From the NCBI GenBank assembly GCA_964414635.1, contig CAYPZJ010000002.1, positions 1 to 38,105 on the forward strand: a stretch of DNA of 38,105 nt. Direction: 5' to 3'. Positions within the stretch are counted from its first letter, which is position 1. Each line of letters starts with the position of its first letter. Made by a program: the position numbers and the translations under genes. Under the pieces are notes generated by a model that was given only the letters and a program-made list of their open reading frames with translations, had not been told where the DNA came from and did no database searches. Below, piece by piece: positions 10,233 to 18,187 of the stretch. Origin of the DNA: an uncultured Spirochaetia bacterium (GTDB taxonomy: Bacteria; Spirochaetota; UBA6919; CAYPZJ01).

Positions 10233-10688
10233 TTAGTCCTCTTGAATGGGAAACCATATCTCCATTATGGAATGTTCATCCATCGTAAAGCGTTGATCAT
10301 ATAGTTCTATTGAGGGAAGATGCATTGCTAATTGTTTGCCTGCAATACGTACTTCTTCCATTAATTTAGAATACGATTCCTGAAGAGAATCCAAGGTTCC
10401 CCTGTGGATCCCAACGGCATAGGTTGCAGGAGCCAGGTCGAGCCGAACCATTCCCTCTGGAATAACAGTGTGATCGGATACTTCGAGACAGGCGATATAA
10501 TCAAAATCCGATTGATTTTTCATAACGCTGATCCCATAAGCGTTTTCAGGACGAACCTGTTGCTGTATTTCGTTTCGGCGTTCCATCAAAGGTGTCCAGA
10601 TGGCACCACAATCTTCTGAAGCTTTTTCCATGCTGGTGGATACCTGTATGCCTACCAATTTCATGCCTGGGTTTTGTTTTAATTCCAT
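10233..10688 (-). CDS. GyrI-like / AraC effector-binding-domain-only small-molecule-binding protein (SbmC/Cass2-like)
   Basis: 151 aa. Typical pattern: MKLVGIQV..., AYGIS....DFDYIACLEV, IPEGM....APATYAVGIHRG, ELYD....SIMEIWFPI. AAGGAG lies 6 nt upstream of the ATG. Confidence 0.8.
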   Translation of the reverse strand: MELKQNPGMKLVGIQVSTSMEKASEDCGAIWTPLMERRNEIQQQVRPENAYGISVMKNQSDFDYIACLEVSDHTVIPEGMVRLDLAPATYAVGIHRGTLDSLQESYSKLMEEVRIAGKQLAMHLPSIELYDQRFTMDEHSIMEIWFPIQED

Positions 10689-10710
10689 TGTATTCTCCTT
10701 AAAAGATAGT

Positions 10711-10762
10711 TATACCGAAGATTTTTATTCGGTATACTGTAATATTATACAGTATACCGAAT
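10711..10762. promoter_or_regulatory. operator-like triple half-site: 36-bp palindrome plus an extra inverted 9-mer
   Basis: TATACCGAA (10711-10719), TTCGGTATA (10728-10736) and TATACCGAA (10753-10761). The palindrome has perfect 15-bp arms, ATTCGGTATACTGTA (10727-10741) and TACAGTATACCGAAT (10748-10762), with a 6-nt spacer. The core is CTGT-N8-ACAG. Confidence 0.65.
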
Positions 10763-10779
10763 AAAGTAATAATCGTCAA
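10751..10779 (-). promoter_or_regulatory. sigma70-like promoter of the GyrI-like gene
   Basis: On the minus strand: TTGACG (10779-10774), 17 nt, TATACT (10756-10751). The -10 lies inside the right arm of the palindrome. Confidence 0.5.
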
Positions 10780-10888
10780 ATCCACATGAAAAAATGAAAC
10801 AAATATTATGTATGTAGATGAAGCGCGCAACAAATTAGAGGTTACGATAAACCCAAAACGAGTATCACACCATTCACTCGGAAATGAG

Positions 10889-10917
10889 TTGACCTCCCTA
10901 ATTCCTTGGGTTATATT
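10889..10917 (+). promoter_or_regulatory. sigma70-like promoter of the alpha/beta hydrolase gene
   Basis: TTGACC (10889-10894), 17 nt, TATATT (10912-10917). This implies a 5' leader of about 120 nt. Confidence 0.45.
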
Positions 10918-11046
10918 TATGAAAACAATGTACTCGCAGGGGATTACTCAAAGAGCTAGGAATTAGCCATTTTTATACACAGAGGCACTGTTTGTGAGTC
11001 GTTTAATCAATATCTCCCCCAATTTCACATCGATGAGGAGATCACT

Positions 11047-12567
11047 ATGACACGATTTGTAATGCTCATGTTATTTGTGGGAGGGTTAGTGGCTGTCGTA
11101 CTGTTTGCAGCGTGTGCTGAAATGGATCTTCCTTTTCCTCCCGGTTCAAGCTCAACGACCAGTACAACAACCCCAACCGGAAGCATTCTTTTCCCAGAGA
11201 TTCCCACCTCCCTGACTTGGTCGGAATGGGGATCGTATGAACATACCCTTTTATCAGTTCCGTTGGATTATACTGATCCAGATCAGGGATCCATAGAATT
11301 AAATGTAGTACGACGGGTAGCACCGGAAAGTCCTAAACGAGGTTCTCTATTTATGGTGGCAGGAGGTCCTGGACAAGCCTCCAGTATTCTCGTGGGTCAT
11401 TATAAATCAGAACTACCAGAAACCTACAATTATTTTGATATTTACGCGGTGGATCAACGAGGTACTGGTGAGAACAGCCCCCTTATGTGCTCGCAATACG
11501 CGTCTCTTTTTGATTCCTCAACAGAAGTTAATAATTCCATGTTGGAACAATGTCTTCAAGAACTTGAATCAAGCGGAATGCAGCTGGGTTATTTTTCAAC
11601 GGAAAGTGCCGTTCATGATCTGGAATTCGTGCGCCAAGCCTTGGAATTAAACAAAATACATTTGCTCGGAGTAAGCTACGGTACGTTTTTCAGTTTATAC
11701 TATGCTTCCATTTATCCAAATTCTGTAGCTAGTCTTGTACTAGACGGCGTTGCAGACGGAGAATATACCCACATGGAAGGATTATCAACAAAAGTAGAAA
11801 ACGCCATGCAAGCATTGTTGGATGCATGTCCTGGTGATTCCTACTGTTATAGTGTGTGTTCCAATTGTGAGGATAAGTTTAATACGTTGTATCAGGAGGT
11901 TTCAACGAATGGGGAATTGGAACTCACAGGATCATCGGGGACCGTTAGCATCTCACAACGAATGTTTTCATCAACGTTTCTTTCACTAATTCAATCGACC
12001 ATATATCGGCTTTATCTTCCTTTAACTATTGAAATCCTACACGAGAATTCCAACCCAAGCGCTGTTGATGATGCTGTTAGGTTTATCCAAAGTGTGGTAG
12101 CCATTCCAGATTCAGTTAGTTTAAATCTGTTGCTTCACTATGCAATTACCTGTAAGGAATGGATTCCCTTTGAAGATATTAGTGAGAGTGCGCAGGCAGC
12201 ATTGACGGATCGTTTAGGTGTTAAATTCGAATACGAAAACTATCGGGAAGTCTGTAGTCTGTTATCGGTGGATGATGGGTTACCATACAGTGGTCCGCAT
12301 CCCTTTGAAATTCCTGCGTCGATAAAAGTTTTGCTGATGAGCGGGGCAAAAGATCCTTCCACAGATGCACAGGGAGCAGAACGCGCACTAGATCATTGTG
12401 GCGATGGGGTACATATTGTACATCCCAAATTTTATCATAATACTATTCGGTATAGCTGTGGTGGTGAACTGATAGATACATTTATAGAACAGCAGAGCAC
12501 GTCATTCAATGCGAGCTGTTTCACCGATCCCCAGATCTTCTATCCTTATCAGACTTCCTTTCCTTAA
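11047..12567 (+). CDS. lipoprotein alpha/beta hydrolase, S33 tripeptidyl-aminopeptidase (TAP)-like
   Basis: Lipobox VLFAAC followed by a Ser/Thr-rich linker (SSSTTSTTTPTGS). Nucleophile elbow LLGVSYGT. The C-terminal part carries ..SGAKDPST.. and ..FYHNT.., candidates for the Asp and His of the triad. Confidence 0.8.
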   Translation: MTRFVMLMLFVGGLVAVVLFAACAEMDLPFPPGSSSTTSTTTPTGSILFPEIPTSLTWSEWGSYEHTLLSVPLDYTDPDQGSIELNVVRRVAPESPKRGSLFMVAGGPGQASSILVGHYKSELPETYNYFDIYAVDQRGTGENSPLMCSQYASLFDSSTEVNNSMLEQCLQELESSGMQLGYFSTESAVHDLEFVRQALELNKIHLLGVSYGTFFSLYYASIYPNSVASLVLDGVADGEYTHMEGLSTKVENAMQALLDACPGDSYCYSVCSNCEDKFNTLYQEVSTNGELELTGSSGTVSISQRMFSSTFLSLIQSTIYRLYLPLTIEILHENSNPSAVDDAVRFIQSVVAIPDSVSLNLLLHYAITCKEWIPFEDISESAQAALTDRLGVKFEYENYREVCSLLSVDDGLPYSGPHPFEIPASIKVLLMSGAKDPSTDAQGAERALDHCGDGVHIVHPKFYHNTIRYSCGGELIDTFIEQQSTSFNASCFTDPQIFYPYQTSFP

Positions 12568-13037
12568 TCTACATCCCACGCTACAAGGGCAGCAAATGCG
12601 GATCCGCAGGTTTCTACTCGATGCTGAATACTTTTAGGGATGATTTCTTTTAATTTTCGATTCCGAAAGGCGAAGGCATCCTCGACCATTTGTTTGGTTC
12701 GCTGTTCTACTTGTTCTTTCGTACCGTAGGAGGAATATTCCATAATAACCCCAGCTTGATTTGGATCGTGGGGAATTCCAGCACAAACACAGGCGCTAAT
12801 CACTGCACCCGGTTTATCGGATGATATATGCGAATACGCACAAGGAACAAGGGCGCCCAAGGGTAATGAAATTGGATCAATTCGTTTGCAATTTGGAGGA
12901 ACAATGCTGGACAAGCGTACCAAATTGGTATCCCCTACGCCTGCGTCCAAAAGCGCCATATCAAAGGAGTTAAGCAATGAATTACCATCCCCCCTTCCAC
13001 AAACGAGAAAATAACACGTAGGCATTTTGATGAGCAT
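12564..13037 (-). CDS. pdaD: pyruvoyl-dependent arginine decarboxylase
   Basis: 157 aa. Motifs GNSLLNSFDMALLDAGVGDTNLVRLSSIVPP, which contains the Ser-Ser self-cleavage site. AAGGAG lies 11 nt upstream of the ATG at 13037. Confidence 0.9.
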   Translation of the reverse strand: MLIKMPTCYFLVCGRGDGNSLLNSFDMALLDAGVGDTNLVRLSSIVPPNCKRIDPISLPLGALVPCAYSHISSDKPGAVISACVCAGIPHDPNQAGVIMEYSSYGTKEQVEQRTKQMVEDAFAFRNRKLKEIIPKSIQHRVETCGSAFAALVAWDVD

Positions 13038-13225
13038 GTATTTATACTCTCCTTACCTCTGAAAATGGGTACCCGGTGTGTCGATTCCCAAATGAAAATA
13101 CAAAACGGGACCCTATGGCTGTGTGTTGGGGATTGTATAGGTGATCAAACACCTATCAAATTCGATGACCGTTAGCCGGTTAACAACTGGATAAGGGTCA
13201 TGGAATCTGATCCCCTTCAAAGTAC

Positions 13226-13648
13226 TTAACGAGCTTCCGAACTGGTTGTGACCAAGTGGCAGGATTTGCTGTGGTGAGCGCGTTTGCCCCGCTCAACTTC
13301 ATCCAGATTTCCCCGGTCTAATTGTTTTACCTGAATCGTATCGGTGGCGAATGCTTCTTTTAAATAAGCAATCGCTGCATAAGGATCGCATGTATCCCCA
13401 CAGGTGAAAACATCGATAGCTGCGTAATTATATTCGGGCCATGTATGAATGGTTACATGGGATTCGGCGATGACCACAACGCCGCTAACCCCATAGGGGT
13501 TGAATCGGTGGAAGGCTGTCTGAACGATGGTTGCATTTGCCGCCAAGGCTGCATTTTCCATTTCCTCCCGGATGAATTGAACATCATCCAATTTGTCGGT
13601 CTGGCATGCAAAAAATTCTGCCAGTAGGTGTGTCCCCAGGTATTTCAA
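13226..13648 (-). CDS. speH: S-adenosylmethionine decarboxylase proenzyme (small bacterial/archaeal type)
   Basis: 140 aa. MKYLGTHLLAEFFAC..., and the autoprocessing motif VIAESHVTIHTWPE. TTG start with AAAGGAGGG upstream. Confidence 0.9.
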   Translation of the reverse strand: MKYLGTHLLAEFFACQTDKLDDVQFIREEMENAALAANATIVQTAFHRFNPYGVSGVVVIAESHVTIHTWPEYNYAAIDVFTCGDTCDPYAAIAYLKEAFATDTIQVKQLDRGNLDEVERGKRAHHSKSCHLVTTSSEAR

Positions 13649-13991
13649 AGGCTACACCCTCCTTTCAATCAAAGTAGCTACGCTATCCGTAGTTCCGTTT
13701 TTGAAGTCTCATAAAACGTTCCTATTACCTTTGATACGCTCAATTATGTGTTATATCAGCAGATCCATTCGTTCCTGTTATACTAACTTTGAATCCGTGT
13801 CAGACTCATTTTTAATGAGCATACGTGTCGTTTAATATACTAGTGTTTTACCCATTCAGCAAGCGGTTTTCCTGAGTGGAAACAAAAAAAAAGAGCCCGG
13901 ATTTTTTGAATGAATCCTTAAAAAGATGTGATAGCCTGTATTTATGATTGATGGTTGGATACTATAAAAAATTAGATTGCTACTGAGGACA

Positions 13992-14031
13992 TAAAAAAAA
14001 GAGACAACCATTAAGCAGGGAGGCTGTCTCT
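13992..14031 (-). terminator. rho-independent terminator of the 14147-14653 gene
   Basis: On the minus strand: AGAGACAGCC-tccctgcttaat-GGTTGTCTCT, 10 bp including one G-U pair. T8 follows immediately. Confidence 0.75.
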
Positions 14032-14146
14032 TTATAAGGAACGCTACTAGACACTTCGGTATTCTGGTACCGGGCTTTAGGATTTTTTTATTTTTTTGAG
14101 AATACTCGGTTGGTAGGGAATTACATGAGTTGGATGTGGATAGCGC

Positions 14147-14653
14147 TCAATATATAAGGGTGCTCCAAAAAGCAAATAGTTGAGCGAGGTGGGGATACGT
14201 ATCCAAGAGGTATTGATGATCCTGAAGCGTTTTTAACAACCGATAGAAAACCGGATACGAAAGCGCTGTTTCAAATACATGAATTCGATTTGGGTTATCC
14301 ATCTGTTCCAGGGTTGAATAGAAAGAGTTATACTGTTTATAATGCTGAGTCCAAAACTCATCCACTGCTTTAACTAAATTTGTTTCTTCTTCAGTTACAT
14401 GATCTGTTTCTTCATTTAGTGAAAGGGTTAATGGATCGGTTGATGTATGAATCAATTGATTGATAAAACCGTATATCTGCTCTATTTCCTGCATGTATGC
14501 TTCTAAACCCAACATGGTTAAATCTAGATGTAGGGATAGTGTGGATTCACTTGCCGGTGGAGCATCCTGGTCGTTCGACTCCGATTCATGGCAAAACCCA
14601 ACGAACAAAAGGATCCCAAGTAACCCGGGTATAATCAAATAAGCAAGACGCAT
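14147..14653 (-). CDS. hypothetical secreted, predominantly helical protein (168 aa)
   Basis: N-terminal signal peptide (LIIPGLLGILLFVGFC). GGAG lies upstream of the start. A clean terminator lies downstream. No family recognised. Confidence 0.6.
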   Translation of the reverse strand: MRLAYLIIPGLLGILLFVGFCHESESNDQDAPPASESTLSLHLDLTMLGLEAYMQEIEQIYGFINQLIHTSTDPLTLSLNEETDHVTEEETNLVKAVDEFWTQHYKQYNSFYSTLEQMDNPNRIHVFETALSYPVFYRLLKTLQDHQYLLDTYPHLAQLFAFWSTLIY

Positions 14654-14701
14654 AGTAGAATTCTCCAGCTTGTTTTAAGCAAAGATTGATTAACTTAAGC
14701 C

Positions 14702-14727
14702 TATAGGAAAGATAAGCATTTCCTATA
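14702..14727. promoter_or_regulatory. inverted repeat / 5'-UTR stem-loop upstream of ltaE
   Basis: TATAGGAAA-gataagca-TTTCCTATA, with perfect 9-bp arms and an 8-nt spacer. It ends 14 nt upstream of the AAGGAG of ltaE. Confidence 0.5.
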
Positions 14728-14752
14728 CGTATGAAAACCCTAAGGAGATAAT

Positions 14753-15784
14753 ATGGGTACTCGAGATTTCCGAAGCGATACCGTAACATTGCCTACGCCT
14801 GCGATGAAAGAAGCGATGATAACCGCACCGTTAGGGGATGATGTTCATGATGATGATCCCACCGTTAAACAATTACAACAAACGGCAGCGTTGAAACTAG
14901 GCAAAGAAGCAGCAATATTCGTCCCATCAGGAACATTCGGAAATCAGGCTTCCATTGCCGCACATACGCAACCGGGGGACGAAATTCTGCTTTCGGAACA
15001 TACACATATTATTCAGCATGAAGCCGGTGCAGTAGGGTTGAACGCACTCATACAAACTCTAACGATTGATACCCAGGATGGTTGGGTAACCCCAGAGCAG
15101 CTAGAACCCCGTATTCGTACCCCGGAGATTCACCATCCCAAAACAACCCTGATTTGTCTGGAAAATGCGCTTTCCAATGGTCGTGTCATGCCACTTGCTG
15201 CCATGCAATCCATTCAATCCTTAGCCAAAGATCATACCATCCCAATCCATCTGGATGGAGCACGAATTTTCAATGCAGCGCTCACGCTTCAGGTTTCCGC
15301 CAAAGTTATTGCGGCGTGTGCGGATTCTGTTATGTTTTGTTTATCAAAAGGATTGGGAGCACCCGTTGGGTCGATGGTTTGTGGATCCTACCCTTTTATT
15401 CAACGGGTTAAACGTATTCGGAAACAATGGGGTGGAGCAATGCGTCAAGCAGGAGTGCTCGCAGCGCCAGGATTGGTTGCATTAGAAACGATGATTGACA
15501 GATTAAAAGAAGATCATACATTAGCAGAGTACATCGCCACCGAATTTATGAAAATCCCCGGTATAGTATTAGAAAAACATCGCAGGGATATTAATATGGT
15601 TTTCTTCAATGTGGATTCCACCTTTCCCATTTCTGCCGATGAATTATTTCAACAATTATTACGGGAAGGATTTAACGTACTCCCACCTCATAATCGTGAA
15701 TTTCGACTCGTCACCCATGTAGATGTAGATCATGAAGACGCAAAACAGTTAGTGGAATTCATCCAGGCATTGGCACGGGGCTAA
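14753..15784 (+). CDS. ltaE: low-specificity L-threonine aldolase (PLP-dependent, beta-eliminating lyase family)
   Basis: FRSDTVTLPTPAMKEAM...GDDVHDDDPTV..LQ. The PLP-lysine context is CLSKGLGAPVGS. 343 aa. AAGGAG lies upstream. Confidence 0.9.
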   Translation: MGTRDFRSDTVTLPTPAMKEAMITAPLGDDVHDDDPTVKQLQQTAALKLGKEAAIFVPSGTFGNQASIAAHTQPGDEILLSEHTHIIQHEAGAVGLNALIQTLTIDTQDGWVTPEQLEPRIRTPEIHHPKTTLICLENALSNGRVMPLAAMQSIQSLAKDHTIPIHLDGARIFNAALTLQVSAKVIAACADSVMFCLSKGLGAPVGSMVCGSYPFIQRVKRIRKQWGGAMRQAGVLAAPGLVALETMIDRLKEDHTLAEYIATEFMKIPGIVLEKHRRDINMVFFNVDSTFPISADELFQQLLREGFNVLPPHNREFRLVTHVDVDHEDAKQLVEFIQALARG

Positions 15785-16072
15785 ACCATCTCTTGGTATA
15801 AGCGACGTTCGGACAGCCTGATAAGGGGACGGTTGCGCGTAAATCTATAAACTACATAGTGATATATCCATAATTCTTCTATAAGAAAACACACAAAAAA
15901 AGTGAATAGGCATAAATTCGTATCTCTTAAAGGAATTTCTGTGTATTAAAGCCTATCAGACACCTCCGTAATACACCAACAAAAACACATGCCTTCGTTT
16001 TTATACTATTAAGCGTTGTCAAACGGTGTCCATGTGTATATACTTATTTTGGATTTATCAGGGATAACCTTA

Positions 16073-17053
16073 ATGCATATCACTATCTTAGCCTTTAATC
16101 AGGGAATGGCAATTCCTTTTATTACTGCTCTGGAAGTATTTCATCATGCGTTGACGATTTATGAAGATCTTCATAAACCTGCACAAGTAAGCGTACAACT
16201 GGCAGGTGTATACGGAACAACGATCCAAACTGCTTTGGGTGTGTCAATGGAATGTCATACCTCATTGGATGACCTTAAGAAAACGGATCTGGTTATTATT
16301 CCTGCATTATTTGGAGATATTGAAACCGAACTTAAACGTAACCAACCAGCGATCCCTTGGATCAAGGAACAATATAATCAGGGAGCGGAACTTGCCAGCC
16401 TCTGCACCGGCTCTTTTCTGATTGCTGAAACCGGCTTATTAGATGGGAAAGCGGCAACAACTCATTGGAGTCAGATTGATTGTTTCAAGCAACAGTATCC
16501 TGCTATTGATGTAAAAGCAAACAAAATCATTGTTGATGAAGGCAGGATTTGCAGCAGTGGTGGTGCCATGTCATTTCTCCACCTATTGATATATTTAGTG
16601 GAAAAATTCTGGGGAAAAAAGGTTGCGATCTACACGGCAAAACATTTGGTAATTGAACCCTATAAGACGCCCCAGCAATCTTTTGCGATTTTTAATCTTC
16701 AGAATAACCATCAGGACAAGAAGATATTATCAACCCAATCGTATATTGAAAATCATATTCGCGAATTAATTAGTGTTAATGAATTGTCTAAAATGGTTGC
16801 ACTTGATCATCAAGCATTTATCCATCGGTTTAAAACGGTAACAGGGAATACACCTCAGGAATATATTCAACGGGTGAAAGTAGAGCATGCAAAGCAAGAA
16901 CTGGAAACCACCTCCCAATCTGTTGTTGAAATTGCACAGGGACTCGGATATGATGATATCACCAGTTTCCGTTGTGTGTTTGTCCGGTATACCGGAATTC
17001 CCCCTGCTCGTTATCGAAAACGGTATCAGCGATGGGATGAAATGGGCGGATAA
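16073..17053 (+). CDS. GlxA-family transcriptional regulator (DJ-1/PfpI domain plus AraC-type HTH)
   Basis: Starting at MHITILAFNQGMA. DJ-1-like nucleophile elbow LASLCTGSFLIAETGLLDGK. C-terminal AraC HTH (NTPQEYIQRVKVEHAKQEL...GYDDITSFRCVF). The track start (TTG at 16016) adds 19 residues with no support. Confidence 0.85.
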   Translation: MHITILAFNQGMAIPFITALEVFHHALTIYEDLHKPAQVSVQLAGVYGTTIQTALGVSMECHTSLDDLKKTDLVIIPALFGDIETELKRNQPAIPWIKEQYNQGAELASLCTGSFLIAETGLLDGKAATTHWSQIDCFKQQYPAIDVKANKIIVDEGRICSSGGAMSFLHLLIYLVEKFWGKKVAIYTAKHLVIEPYKTPQQSFAIFNLQNNHQDKKILSTQSYIENHIRELISVNELSKMVALDHQAFIHRFKTVTGNTPQEYIQRVKVEHAKQELETTSQSVVEIAQGLGYDDITSFRCVFVRYTGIPPARYRKRYQRWDEMGG

Positions 17054-17143
17054 GATGAGCGCATGTGTTATATTATTGAGAGGCTGGGCATGGAAATATT
17101 TTAAAGCCTATCCTTATTGTCATTGATACATAACAACCATATC

Positions 17144-18178
17144 ATGAAACCACTCCAACAAAAACAGTGTATAACGATTCCAATGGGACGAACCACCTTT
17201 GTATTAATGATACTTGTTGGGTTTTGTTGTCTTTTTGGGTGCATCCCAGCACCAAGCGATTCTCCATCACTTACAACCTGGGAGCGATTACCCCAATTAC
17301 CCCTTGCGTATTCGTATCAAACAGGAGCTCGGTATCTAAATCAAGCAGCAGTGTTTTATAGTCCCGATAACCAAACGCAATTATTATACCTTTATCCATT
17401 GGACTCGGATACAAAACAGACCGCATGGGATCTGTTTGTGCTTCCATTAGATCGGCATTCGTATACGGTTTTTATGATACAGGAACGCATTTATTTGGTT
17501 GGAGGAGTTACCTGGGATCATCGTGCTCCACCTACGGTGCATTCCAGGCTACTAGAACGTAGTTATTTTCCCCCGTGGGTTGAAAATCAAGCCCTTCCCG
17601 ACACCCGAGTAGACCACACGGTGGTTCAGTATGAAGATCGACTGTTTGTTCTAGGGGGGCAATTGGAAGATGAAATGATCACTCAAACCATTTACTACAC
17701 AGAACTAACAGCGGAAGGGTCTATTACATCCTGGCACACAGCAGGTGTCGAGATGCCTAGCGCATTGTATCATACTCAAGGATATATCGTTGATAAGCGA
17801 TTGTATTTATTTGGTGGGTATACCTATTTGGGAGCCAGCGCCCGGATTTATAGTATTCCGTTTAATCAGGATAAATCGTTAAGTCAATGGTCGTCCCATT
17901 CTACAACACTTCCCGATGGGCTTCAGGATTTCGGCATGTATTACTGGAATCGGACGTTTTATTTTGTGGGTGGAAGGATCGGAGATGCCCCTTCCCGTAG
18001 GATTTATTATATTCATCTTAATGAGGATGGGAAATTTGAATCCTTTCAATGGGTCGAATCGCTCCCCCAAGCTATACGTTACCCCTTAATCGCAGGAATA
18101 GACAATCAGATTTGTGTATCAGGGGGATGGATAGATGAACAAATCAACCGGGCAGCTTATCGTATTCAGATTCCCTAA
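17144..18178 (+). CDS. Kelch-repeat beta-propeller lipoprotein
   Basis: Lipobox CCLFGC. Repeated Kelch GG motifs: RIYLVGG, RLFVLGG, RLYLFGG, TFYFVGG, QICVSGG. I chose the ATG at 17144 as the start over the TTG at 17117. Confidence 0.75.
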   Translation: MKPLQQKQCITIPMGRTTFVLMILVGFCCLFGCIPAPSDSPSLTTWERLPQLPLAYSYQTGARYLNQAAVFYSPDNQTQLLYLYPLDSDTKQTAWDLFVLPLDRHSYTVFMIQERIYLVGGVTWDHRAPPTVHSRLLERSYFPPWVENQALPDTRVDHTVVQYEDRLFVLGGQLEDEMITQTIYYTELTAEGSITSWHTAGVEMPSALYHTQGYIVDKRLYLFGGYTYLGASARIYSIPFNQDKSLSQWSSHSTTLPDGLQDFGMYYWNRTFYFVGGRIGDAPSRRIYYIHLNEDGKFESFQWVESLPQAIRYPLIAGIDNQICVSGGWIDEQINRAAYRIQIP

Positions 18179-18187
18179 CGATACCCT

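Noticed and set aside
11012-11042. An anti-SD pairing, ATCTCC...GGAGAT, that could mask the ribosome-binding site of the hydrolase gene.
   Set aside because: The stem is only 6 bp with a 19-nt loop. That is too weak to claim regulation without folding-energy and conservation data.
15082-15411. Other internal overlapping ORFs of 60-125 aa. Examples are 15082-15411, 18977-19333, 30593-30970, 3468-3770, 8301-8597 and 28882-29172.
   Set aside because: All are nested in confidently assigned genes, lack SD sites and have off-frame-like composition. I treat them as spurious.
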